Assembly: GCA_977030845.1 (NCBI GenBank)
Contig: OZ365116.1
Coordinates: 17,298,001-17,362,000 of the forward strand
DNA from: Fimbriosthenelais zetlandica
Taxonomy: Eukaryota
DNA: 64,000 nt
Direction of reading: 5' to 3'
The translations under genes were made by a program, and so were the position numbers. Below the pieces are notes generated by a model. The model did no database searches. It saw only the letters and a list, made by a program, of their open reading frames with translations, and was not told the origin of the DNA. Below, one piece after another: positions 29,195 to 42,420 of this stretch (position 1 is its first letter; each line of letters opens with the position of its first letter).

Positions 29195-31847
29195 GAGTGG
29201 TGCCTGTAGTGGTAGTGGACCCCTGGTAACATTCTCACCATGCAATCCTCATTTTTCACCAAGCAGGAGGACTGAGAAATATGTGCATGAAGGTCCAGGA
29301 ATGCGGATCCAAGGCTGAGGACTTTAATCCAAACTCTGGAATTCCATCTGCTGCAAGTATTCACATGCACTATGCATGTGTGAGTCTGCTACAAGACTGA
29401 ATAAGAGGCAGTGCCTGCAGCAGAGCAACTCATACAGTGGCAGAGTGGGGAGGTGGAGATGAAGAAGAAGATGCAGTGGATCTATTCCCAGCTGTGTTGA
29501 AATGTTAATTATTGTGAAGGAAGATGAGAGGCAGCATTTAGAGACGGATGGAGGGCCACCTTACCTCCTCCAGCCATCATAGCCTGCAGGCAAATAATTC
29601 ACTGGACGCCCAGCAATTCCTCTCTCCTTCCTTCCTCTCTCACTCTCTCTGCGTCTCTTTCTACCTCTCTCTCCTTCAAAGCTTCTCACTGATACAAGCC
29701 TCACCAGAACTTTATTGGCCCACTCAGAAACACCACAGGGAGAAGCCCCTTCTCTCCATCTCTTAGTTTTTATCCCACCTTTGGATCAAATAAATTGACA
29801 AGATTGTTGGCTAATAATGTAATTTCCAATACTTTTTCCCTGAGTGCAAAAATCGATTTCATCCACGAGATTCCCCTAAGATCTGAAGCTCACAGTAAAA
29901 CCGTTTTTCACAAAAGATTTTGATTCCTTGGAATAGTTTTTTGATGATTCAGCACAGGGTTAGTATCCTTGGAGCAGTTTTTAATTTACAATGGATGGAT
30001 GTGATATTTCTCCGTGTAAAAAAGCATAATCTATAACCACATATGGTGGTCCTTCCAAGCTGAAGACAAACTCATCATACATGAGTGCAATATGTCAAGG
30101 CATATATCGATCAGCCAGTGTTGACTATGCATGCTAGTTCAGCTTGTGGCAGATAAGATCCCCTTCCACTACCCTGGAGAGAATTTACACTCCCTCTGTA
30201 TGGATTTCTTCTTGTACTTTAGGAGCATGTGTAACAAATGCTCCTTCCTAGCTCAATGACATGAGCTTCTCAATGTAGAAAAAGTAAGGAACACGCAGGC
30301 AATAACTCCTAAATCCACCTCTCAGTGAACGGCCCCTGATCTAGAAGCTAGAAAAACCCTCTCCACTTTCAAAGCACAACCACAGTGCATGATATGTCAC
30401 GATAGATTCCGATTGCAAACCACTCTAGCGGGTAGTTTTATTCCATTCTGATCCCCACTCACTCCTCTTCTCGACCACCTCAGTGATGGAATTCATCTGC
30501 CGTGAAAAATATCCAAGTGCTAGTCAGGAGATTTATGGACAAAAATATCCTAGCAAGATGTTGTCAGAGTATGGCTATTCATTAAAGTGGTTTAAAAGTT
30601 GTTATCCCTTCATGAATGTGTATTATACTGCCGGTAAATATCTGTATATCCACCCCTGCAGATACCAGTCCCTACTTCACTTCCTTGGTAAGTCCTTAAT
30701 GTAAGAAGAATCCTAACAGGAATCAGGTATTGATTACCTATTGATCTCCTACAATTACAGTGAGTTTCAACTTTGATCTGAGTGATATAATCAGTGTGCA
30801 ATCAGAATGTAAACAGTCCTAGCAGTATATATACGCCTGCTGTGCTTTTATGGCAGACCATCACAATTGACCTACTTGACTACATATATAGGAAGGACTT
30901 CAGACTACACAGGAAGGCATCGAAGCATGAAGGTATATAATTACGCCATAGTGACCGACACTGAATCCGGTATCGTTCACTATTGCTGATAAAGCCACAA
31001 GGCCGCATATATACTGGACACCGGGCTGCATGTTTCATACAATCTGATGCTCAACAATTCGAACTATAAACAATTGGTTTAGTGCATTCAGATTATACCG
31101 AGCAAACAATGGACAAATCACCAGGTATATAAATGTATATTTCTATTAAATTGTCACCTTTGAATTTGGAGGTATGTGTTTCCTACGTTCCATCTGCAAA
31201 CCGTTGAATGAATACTTTTATACACTTCAATTTCACACGGTCAAAATTACGCGTTTTTCAATTTTTGATTAATTTCTCGATTCTTTATATGCGATGCAAT
31301 GATATAAATAAACAGACAAAAATATTGGAGAAGAACAGGCTAGAGAGATAAGAGAAGGGTGGCATTGAGCTTGCTTTCCTTGACTAGGGAGTAAGTGTTG
31401 TTTTTCTTATGTGGAGTAATCCGTCTTGCTGTAAGCATGGCACAGGGGAAGTAGTCCCCCCGGGGGACGGGAGGACGCCAGGGAGAGCTGGCAGATCCGC
31501 TCACTGATTTATAACCTTTTGTCCTGCCCTCACTAATTAATATATGTCCCCCCTCAATGTCCCTTCCACTCCAATTCCCTCCTTGCCGTCCCCTTTTCTA
31601 TTGCTTCTTTTGATTCAGCGATATATTGAACTTTTTCTAGGTTATCTTTGTTCTTTTTATTTGTATAGGGTGCTTTGCTTTTTGGGCTTTTAGCCAAGGC
31701 TAGACACAGGTAAAATGAGTCGGCAGATTCCATCCCTCCCTCCCCCGGCAATGATCATTGGAGTTGTCATTGGTGCCAATGAATTTAACATGGTAAATGT
31801 TGGTAGAGGATTGTTGTGATCTGTGATGGTTGGATGGTAGATGGGAG

Positions 31848-31876
31848 GGTGGTGGTGGTGGGGGGGGGGGGGGGGG
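31848..31876. repeat. (GGT)n followed by a G17 homopolymer
   Basis: G run at 31860-31876 preceded by ggt repeats; minus frames read poly-Pro then His or Thr. Confidence 0.9.
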
Positions 31877-34800
31877 TCTGTTGTGGATACAGGACGTGGA
31901 GCATGAAGAATAAAAGGTGAGGTAGGCGTTTTAGGTGAGGGTGGATGTTGGGGTGGGGGGTGGGGGCTGAGTGCGACGACGGAAATGGACATGGTTGGAA
32001 AAGGGTGATAGTACACGGTGGAAAAGTATAGAGACTCAAAGTAAAAGGACATGAAATATCGTTGAGGTTATATAGTTGTTAGAACAGAACGAGTACACAG
32101 AGAACACACATATATATAGGTGAATGAACCCACAAGCCAACCCACAACCGTCCATACATGTCATATCAATTTTACTGCTTCTTCATTGATTATTAACTAA
32201 ATGCTCCGAGTGGAAGGCATTCATCAGGTGAACTCTCCATTACGACCAGAAAAAGGAGACCAGATGGATGTTGTATCAAACTCGTGTAATAATTTATAAG
32301 CAGCTTCTGATTCTCCGGTCACCTTTGTCTCTTGTACATGTTCGCCTGGAGGCACGATTGATTTCAAGCCTGGAGCCCACAATGTGAATTCTTAATCTGT
32401 AAACAGTTGGTTTAGTATATAGGTGGCTGTGAATCTAGGCTTGTCAGCAGCTGGCGGGAGTAATGGCTGGCTTCATGTAGATCAGCCTTAATGGGTGATG
32501 GAGTAAATTGGTAACACAAGCCAGCCTTAACCTCAACATATTGGAAAATTGATACCAAATAAATAACGATTATTGACCAGGCTCTAACGCCGACTCTTAA
32601 TCGAAAGATATAAATAAAACAGATATTTTGATGTGTCACAATGGGTTATCAGGCATCTGATGAGTATTGCATGAAGGGCCTTGAGATAAGAATGTTGTAT
32701 TGTTATTTCAAAATCTTCATGTCAACATGCCATAAGCAATTCAATGGATAATTTGTCACAGCACCATATATATTGACCATTTCTATAGATTTTCACACAT
32801 GAAATTCATATATATTCTCTGGGGGCTTTTTAGTCATAAAATTAATTAAAATTACAACTACCGCTATGCTCTATAGGGGCATGTTAAATTAAAACTATTT
32901 TTAAATCGGACTACCTCTTCTCAGAAGGGTGCTATTTTTTGCCTTCACTGGATAAAAAGGACTAAGAATGAGAATCATTTCATGACAGCTTTCTGCCTGA
33001 AGGAACGCAAGAACATGGGATGAGCTCTATGTGGTAGAGGTAGGCAGTACCTGCGGCAACATCAGTCTGAGAATTAAGACTTAATCACAGGAACGCTGTG
33101 TATGTGATAACTCCCTACTGTACGTCTAACATAGCCCTCAGACAATAACAGTCTTCAAGAAGTTTTAATAGGCATTGTAATCATCGACTTGAAAGGAAAT
33201 TTAATCCATTATATATGATTAATTTATGAGTAGAGACCGCTATGGTTATGATTATACGTATTAGATCACTGATGAGTATGTGTACCACTGTATTAAGAAA
33301 CCATGGGTGTGTCCCTGCATTTTGCGATGTGCATGACGTAGAGCTCTAGACTGTGGACGTCATAACCAATCATCTATAGCATACGCTCCGCTCCTAAAAA
33401 CGTTGCACAATAAAAATGTAAACCATACGCCAATACTGAATCTATGGGTTAACAATGTACATACATGCATCTTCTGAAGTAGGTCCCTGGTCTACCCATT
33501 ATTACACCAGCTGCCTATTACCTTCAGGTTGCTCGATCAATTACAGTTTGAGTGCTTATTCACAATGTATCTAATTATCAGCGTGCTACCTAATTTGGTG
33601 ATCTGAATCAGCATCACTATGTGGGTAATATGCAAGTATTATATTGAGTTTTTTAAATCCCTCCCTTAAGGAGCTCCTATGTGTTGAAGGGTGTGGAATA
33701 TATTGATCTCTATAGCAGAACTAGTCTGATATTGTGCTCAAGTTGGCCTGTATCATTTGGAGGCAGGAACGTGCCGCAGGGCAGTCTATAAAATCCCTGA
33801 TATGTATGTCGACAGCTCGTTTTAAATCAATTGGGTACTGTATGTAAGCTTCAATGCTTTAAGCAAAGGGCAGGATAATAAGCTTTAAGTTTCTCTATCA
33901 TGTAGGTTACACCATCAATAATAGGAACATGATATGTTCTCAGCAGTACCAGGATGGGCATGGCACGCAAAGAAACCATCAAGGGAAGAGTATGGTAGTT
34001 TGGATGTCATGGAGTCATTGGCACTGCCTTCTCCTCCTCACTATGGGAGGGGAGAGGGTCGGCAGAGTGAGGGCCACTTTTTATGGGAGTTTCATCTCAA
34101 TATTATCAGCGAGAGACACATGAAAATCTGGCACCACTGTGTAACACTTGAGCCGGTAATACAGCCCGAGAGAGGATCAGACTTGAGGGCCAGGTGGATT
34201 TGTGAGGATATAGACACAAACTTATATTATCCAGGGAATACATAATGGGTTTTTTTTGGCACACAAATATTGCCTACAATTACTGCAGTTCTTAACAGCG
34301 TTCCTCTAATGCCTGGAACAGATTGCGAAAGCCTCCAATGCTTGTCATGAAAAAACGCGCGCAATTCAGCCAACCAACCCGTTAGATTGTCTAATCGGTG
34401 TCGCTCGTTTGATTTAGGCGTATCTCGGCTAGCTGTATACAAAGAGACAGAACAAGTCATCTATAAAAATTCGCCAGTGCAATGAGCGCGACTGTTAAAA
34501 CGATCTGGTGTGTTCAAGGCATTTTAGATTGCATGGGACAGTGTATAATTTCAGATGGTGTTGAGGATGGCCAATCTTCAGACAGACTGAACTGTTTTAA
34601 CTCGCAATATCACTTCACATTTAATTAAACTTAGTGCATCAACACATCCCTTTATCTCTCCATACCATTCACATGAATCGCCTGACAATTGAGCCCACCA
34701 TTCATGTCAATGTACCTCCCTATAATCAGTCCCATTCCCATTATCATTCCCTCGCTGACCTCATATTATAAAGTGTTGTACAATCAAACATAGCCCCTGG

Positions 34801-37800
34801 GTTTAACGCAGTCTAGATAGATACCATTTGTTCAGTTGTGTTTTTCTTTGGATACTATTTGGTTGGTTAAAACATCAAATAAGACATGAATTACCCAGTG
34901 GCTTGGAAGTCTTGTATTGTGTTGGTAAATGACACCAACTGCGAGAAACAAAGATCTCCAATACTTTACAAACAGTGACCGGATTGCTAACTGATGGAAA
35001 AATACCCAAGCTTTAACATGAATAATTCAATCCATATCAACGCTGCCACCATTGAGTCTCTGGCGTTCTTATTAAAGCAAGCCTCGGGCAGGTATATATA
35101 TAATATAACGGCCGAGGCCCTCTTACACTGAGCGCCCTTTCATCTTTTGTGGAGGGCGGGGAAATCAATCAAACACACTTGTATTTGTTTATAGAGAACA
35201 ATACTGGGTGTGATAGCTAATGGGAGGGGCGCCGGGCAATTTCAGTTTGTATAAATTCCCTTTTCAATGTGCCTGTGATCTCTCAAATATAGAGATTGAT
35301 ATTTCTCCAAGTGTAATGGCCCTTCAAAAGTAGTTCTCACACCCATAATATTGAAAAACACTTTAAAAGGCGATATAACATATCTGCTTGACTGAGAAGT
35401 CAGAAAGTAATGTGCTTGAAGTTGTGAGAGTCTGCTCAGCTCGCGTCAAGCAATGGTAAAGACATGTGGGCCTCAGCTGGAGGGTCAGTTCTATCACCTC
35501 TTTACGTGTAGAGGACGAGACCTGTTTGTGATCAACAACATGACATCTTAGTGAAAACAGCTCACGCTGCACTGTCAACCAACATCAGGCCACCCCAGCT
35601 CACTCTCCTGCTCTTCAGCAAAACCCATCAATAATGTAAGGTGTCTGTGAAAAGCAGGCCCCATGAGAGGAATTCCTTAATCGTATCTCTATTACTAGCC
35701 TTAAGCGATAGTTTATTACAAGCTCTCTTGAAAGGTGGCAAACGGTATGGGGTTCGCACCAACACGGGAAAGGCCCCATGCAGTTTGGGTCCATGTCCTG
35801 AAACTGGATCAGATATATTGGAACTTATTAAATAGACTGAATTGAAGTAGACTTTGGACATGAAGTCAGAAAAAGGAACAAGGGCCGCGTATTTACATTG
35901 CTGGAATAGATTAGCCTCATCAGGGATGGAAAAAGCGGATAACTGGTAGTGGTGGGATTGTGGGAGGCAGATCGCAGGCAGTTTAATCAGTATTGTCTTA
36001 GTAAGGCCCTACAGGCTGGGGATGGATGCTTGGCAATGCTTTCTCACTAACGCTTTGCAGCATGCAATGACCCCATTGGGTGGCTGGCGGGCCATAAACA
36101 GAACAGATGGGGAAGGGAAGAGTAAAGGAGTGACGTAGATAGGACCAATATGGAGGCCCAGAATTATGAAGATGAGCCGGTATAAAGGATCAAACTCTCC
36201 TATTCGCCTCCCTTACCTCGACCTACCCACATGCCAATATCTCATGTAGAACGAAGAACCTTTATGAAATACGTCTTCCCATTTCCCTTTCCCCTCTTCC
36301 CACACAATATTTGCCTTGCCAAACGAGCTTTGCAAGACACCATGGTTTGAAAAGGATCCGTGGGAGCAGATCCACAATCTGGAATAAAAGAACAACATAA
36401 AAGGCCCTTCTGTTTGTATTATGATTTTTCTGTCTCCCCGGAAGCCCCCATGTCTCTCACAGTAGTGTCAAGATAGGGGGATCTTGCTTTTCTTTGAGGA
36501 CTACTCCTCGTTTGAAGTGACTCTATCCAGGTGGAAAACGGACGCCAATTCATTTGGGACATTGAATGAGACTCCAAAGCCCGAGGGGTAAAGACACTAT
36601 AACAGATGGTCTGATTTGCTTGTGGGAACGGGCTGGGAGGACACAGACAGGGAGGCAAGGGGTAAAACCCAGGCTAGCAGATTTATGCACAAGTGAATCC
36701 CATTGATGACATTCTCATTGGGCGGTGGTGGTACAAGTTAGATAGAGAATATAGTCAGGGATTATGCCTATCTCTATGGTATCAATGCCATGGTAACTGC
36801 CTAGCTTCATTCACAGTCTATATGTATGAGTCGGCTCTATCTTAATCAGTGACTCGGGTAGCATTACATCACTCCAATTTGCAGTGTTAATCACCGGGCC
36901 AGTAATGAATTCCACTTTGCTGATATGCTAAGCTGTCACCTTGTCTGGAAGGGTGATTGATTAGAAGTGAGGCTAACCAAGCTGATCAATGCTAAGCACA
37001 CCGGGCTGCAAAGGCTGGTGTGAACTCAGTTCCTCAGCTAATATGCTCGTGTTGGTTCGCTTATGTTTTGCCATGTTATCATGATTGGTTAAAGTCTGCT
37101 TTGTATAAGCAGGAGCCAAAGGTCATTTTAGATAATGTAAACCCAGATACGAAGAGATACACTGCCGCAAAGGTTTCTCATCTAAAGATGGACTAGAATG
37201 TAGCAAAGAAATGTGGATCTAAACAATGGTCCCCTAGAGCTCTTTGATTTTCAATGTGAAACGGTGGAGAGATGGCCTTTCTTTCCGGGGGACTTTTATC
37301 ATTGAAACACATCTTCCCCCTCACCAAACGTTGGTCAGGAAATAGATAACTTTTCCCCAGTCTTTTGCTTCATACAGAGCAAATGTCGAAGAAATATGGA
37401 CATCTAATCAAGATAAGAAATAATACTAGATGATCAAAGTGTCTTCTCCAAATAGATGGAGAGGAAGACCAATTACCGCCTTCAATATATTCTCAGATCA
37501 ATAAACTAAATCGATAGTTGTTTGCTCTTCCTCAAAAGCACACAATGCAGAGAGAGCTGGCCCAAATAGGAAGTTTAGAAACATGATATTTCACTTAAGC
37601 TTATTTCCATCAAAGACGACTCCGATAAGGTCTGTCATATAAAAGGCAAGATGGGTGATTGGGTTTAGAATGAGGTGTGCTATTTACAAAACAAGAGGAC
37701 CGTTTTATTTCTCTTGTATAAAAGTCTGCCTCCTGAGAGGTGCAATATGGTCTTTGAACAGAATCTAGGGAGGTGAATGGAATGCGAATATCGATCATAT

Positions 37801-40800
37801 GGGACAGGCTACAGAATACCAGAGACTGGGTTGCACACTTTGAGGTGTGGCTTCCCTTGTTGCTTGACAGCAGGCCTTAGCTGGTATCAACAGAGGCTGT
37901 CCACCCCTTGAACTCTCATATTTCACGAGTTCCAGCTTGATTGTGGGTGGGCACGCAGGGCAGGGACAAGGAAAGCCCATTGACAGTGCTATTCCATACC
38001 CAGCCTGAGGGACCCTACATCACCCAGCTGTCACCTTCAACTGTCCTCTACCCAACACCCATTCTTCACATTCTCAAATAAAACCGTCTTAAAATGGGAA
38101 AAGAGTAGCCCTTTGGTCTTTCAGTTGACCTGTGATGAAAATGAAATGACTGGTATAGTATAGACGTGTGAGGTATAAGGAGCGGGACTAGAGCTTTCGT
38201 GATCTCGCCAATGGAAAAATAAGAAAGGATTTACAAGTTCAACTTCATGACAAAGGAAGGACATGGCATGTCACAATTGTGCTAGCTTTTTCTGCTCTTA
38301 TCCTTGCATGCCACGTCATGCAATGCCATTCTATGCTGTCGATGCTTGGATATAACTCTTGCAATTGCATTTAGATAATTCTAAAGATGACGTGATGTAC
38401 ATAGCTAAGACGATAGCTGACAATTATTGGTCAATCCATGTAATACAGAATTTACATGTGTTGATGATTCTAATGTCGGTTTTGCATTTTGCAGCCGCCA
38501 GCAAACATTATGACATACATAACGCCTGCTATGCACGCACGGGAGTGACACATGTGCACACATTCATGGTGTTGTATCATAGTATTCCAGCCACCTTAAC
38601 ATCAAGCAAATGGCCATTCAGCAAAGGTCAATGGCATCATAGCCATGCCCCCTGGCTGCCCCATTGTCAGTGTAGTATGTTCCATCAGTTGAACGTAGAT
38701 CAGGTGTAAATGAAGAGACACTGTACTCTTCTGCCATTTGAGTGTGCCCCTATGTGCCTCATACAACAAGCCCTAACTTCATTCTATTACTGAGGCTTTC
38801 CTGGATATATCCACCGCACATAAACAACACCTTTACATATTTAATACCGGGTGTAGAAGGAACATATTATATCTCTACATCACTGTGAGTATCGTAAAGA
38901 AGAAATATAATGCAAGGAGGACCCTGTTGAATCACCATTGCTCAGAGATTATATTGACGTGATAAATTCTGGAATTTTGTTGCCTTCCAGTGCAAATAGG
39001 GACATCGTTTCCTTACAGTATCCGGTTGAGGCCTACAAGACAATCCTAGATGGGGAGAAGAATGTATTTAGACCCAGACTCAAGTATTTCAACTGTTCTC
39101 ATGATGGGGCGATTTGCTGAGACATTGTTTCAACAGGGGGCATTTTATTACACGTAGATCCCAGCATCTGATGGCACGTAAGCAAGAACAACCTATTGGT
39201 GAAGACATAAAGGCAAAAAGATGGAGCAGCTAATAGTGAGAGGCTCACAAATGGTACTGATTTGCCGTCATGGCGGTGGAGAGGGGAGGGATGGGGCGAG
39301 GACTTCAACCTTTACTGGACGGGTTGGCAGCAAACATGTCGTGAGAAGTGAGAAGGGTGGGACGACAAAATGGGACAGATAAAAATGATGGCAACCTTAG
39401 GCAGATTGGTTCGAGGAAGGGACATTTCTGAAGGGAGGACGGAGTAGAGAAATGATAGGTTTGGGTCACTAAGACGATACATAACAAGTTAGCAACCACT
39501 TACTGAATACAAATAGCAGGATTTCTACATTCAGCTATTGACCAGCCAATAGTAGGATTGTCTCAGCTAGTCAACCCAACCTTTGTCACCGTCGTCCTTT
39601 ACAGAAGACAGAGTAGGCAGATGCCTCTTCCCCCCATTACCTTCTTCATCAACATCGATGGCCACCCTTGCCCTACCCCGGCAGACAAGGGTAAATTGAT
39701 AGCACTGCGTGAGGAAGGGAGAACAAAGAATTGTTGCGGAAAGGGAGATTTGTTTTGTTGAAACGACTTTTGTTATTCACTAGACTAGACATTGAAATGT
39801 AACTTTTAAACCCATAGTTATTGAAGTTTTGTCCATGGGAGACCAATTTAATTAGTGACGGGCAATAAAACCTATCTTGTATAGTTTAATCAGGGGAATA
39901 ACAGAAAAGGGTATCCTGAGATGCTGAAATGGGTGACGACCAAATGCCCAACAAGATATTATGTTGTTTCAAGAAAACATAAACACGTCACTGTGATTTG
40001 GTGTCGCTTTCATTCTTCCTGACATATGAATTATTAATCCCCTCCTGAATGTCAGAATGATATATGAGCTACTGCCAACTAAACAGTCCCACTTAATGAA
40101 TAATAATTCTGCGTGTAGGAAAGCGATGTAGAGTGAATATGAACCGGTGCCCTCAAGAGATCGCGTAGGCAGGATCATGGTTTGGGGGTAATCAGGAAAC
40201 TGAGGCTATCAAAAAAAGATTGCAGCTCATTATTTTGCTTGTTCGGTACAGATTTAACATTTGAATAGACCTTCACAAATAGGTGGGAGGTAGTGTTAAC
40301 AATGACAGCTGCTTTTAAGGATTGCCTCAATTTAGTTTAGTAATAGACCCATTTGAAAATACAGCGAGTGAATAGTTCAGGAATATTGCTAAACCAGCAA
40401 GAGAATATTGAATGGTCAGTTGGCAATCGGGTTGGTTTGCCTGCGCTTTTAATCCACTTTTAATGTGCAGCCTCTTTGTGTTCATCCCATGAATAATTTT
40501 TTGTGTGATGCTGCCATCATATTGACACAATTTTTGGCCAAGAAAGTTATGGCTGTTTCCCTTGGGCTCTCCATGGAAAATGATACTTCATGGATGGCAA
40601 ATCATGCAATGGACTGCCAGGTTTTTTTTATAAAGAGGACATGTGCCATTTAGATACACATTCCTCAAACCTCCATTGTGGGAACACGAAGAAGAGAGTG
40701 CATAAAATGAAGCTGACTGGGATTTAGAGGGCAAATTATTTAGTTGGGCCTCCATGAGGGAGAGACGACTAATTCCTGCAAAGGTCTCCTCTAGACACAC

Positions 40801-41649
40801 AGCATTCTTCGCGTCTCCTTCCCTCCTCCTTCTGAGTTCACAAGGTCCAAGGTTGCGTACATCAGCACTAATGGGACGTGACAACTTAATTTCATGGTAT
40901 ATAGAAAGTAAATCATTTAGTTGGTCTGCAGTCCAGGGAGGAATGGTAATTACCCCTGTGAGACAAGTCCTGTCTAATTTTATTGCGAGGTGCTATGATT
41001 ATGTTATGTAGGCTATATGGACACGACTATTCATGACACCCCAAAGGCAATGACTACATGCCTGTATACATTCTGACACATTATACATAATTATATAAGT
41101 ATATAAGTTCGAGGGTATTCTAGTATAGGAAAATTCCTTACTAGAAGGTTTAACTTTATTGCAGTTCAAAATAAGGCTGTTCTTCCTTTAAGAGCAAAAG
41201 GCCATATTAAAAATAGTCTAGTCAGCAGATTCTGAGGGCACAGAACTAATACCCTCCTCTTAGCACTCAATCAAAAGCTCAAAGTTTCACTGTCTGGCTT
41301 TAGAAGAAAATAGTGAGTTGGTGCTGAAACGAGTTACCAAGGGGCTGCATCAAAATGTCAGTAGGGTGAGCAAATAGATTACATTGGGGGAAAAGTACAT
41401 GTAGAGGAACAGTTTAGAGACATTACAGAGGGAGATAATTGAACATGAGCCAGATTTGGGACAGAAGTGGCGTTTATGCTGCAACGTTCAGTGGACTTGA
41501 GTGTTCTGTCTAAAGTTGGAAGTGAACAAGATCAATTTCTACATTCTCTTCCCTCATGGTACTTCACGAAATTGAGCTTTTCCCCTTGAGGCATCCTTTG
41601 CTTCTCTCCTCTTAATAAAATTCAATATATTTCAAGGGCGTTTGATTAG

Positions 41650-42420
41650 GAAGTTTGATTAGGTAGCCATATCATTTGCTCCTCCCTCTCTCCCACTTCT
41701 CCATCCATCACAATACTAGTCTGGTATAGTTTTGTAGCCAGGTAGAGCAGGGATGCCATCGTCACGTACTCCTACTTTAATCCCTTTCATCCAGACAAGC
41801 GCCCAAGACCTGTGGGTCAAACCGGATATGGGCATATTTGAGCGGAAGTAATTGGTTCCTCCAAAACTCTGGGCCCTGGAGACCTGATACTGCTTGGCTC
41901 AAACCAAACACTTTAATGCAGCCCAGGGATTTCCTTACCCTCCTCATTGTCCAACTTATTTCTGGCACAACAAAAGCCTAAACATCTCCAATAGAGAATG
42001 TGGTCCTGAAACGAGGGCCCCCTTCCTGAGGTGTGTTGCCATGGCAACGTGTTCATAAGGCAATCATGAAAGGATTCTACAGGATGGAAGAGGGTGCTTT
42101 GTGACGGTGAAAATTCCCCTTTCCTTCACCAGACGGAGTGGTGGGGTTGGGGCAGCCATGATATGCGGATTCAGCAAGGATTAACCCATAATCATCAATC
42201 ATACGTGTCGATTGTTGATGGCAAGGACTCACGCATCCGAATAAGCTTGTGGTTTAAACACAAAACCATAAACAGTAGATTCTTCCCTGAAGCCAAATGA
42301 AAGGGACATAACCCGGAACAAGCCAATCAATCCAGACGATTTCACTACATGAAGCCATGTCAAGTAGTATATGGAAATGCACCATTTATCCGGGTCCCGT
42401 AGTCTGATTCACCAAATTAC
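41650..42420 (-). pseudogene. Possible decayed ORF, unknown product
   Basis: One minus frame reads ...SFGFREESTVYGFVFKPQAYSDA*...PYEHVAMATHLRKGALVSGPHSLLEMFRLLLCQK*...SFGGTNYFRSNMPISGLTHRSWALVWMKGIKVGVRDDGIPALPGYK with scattered stops. No family recognised. Confidence 0.3.
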
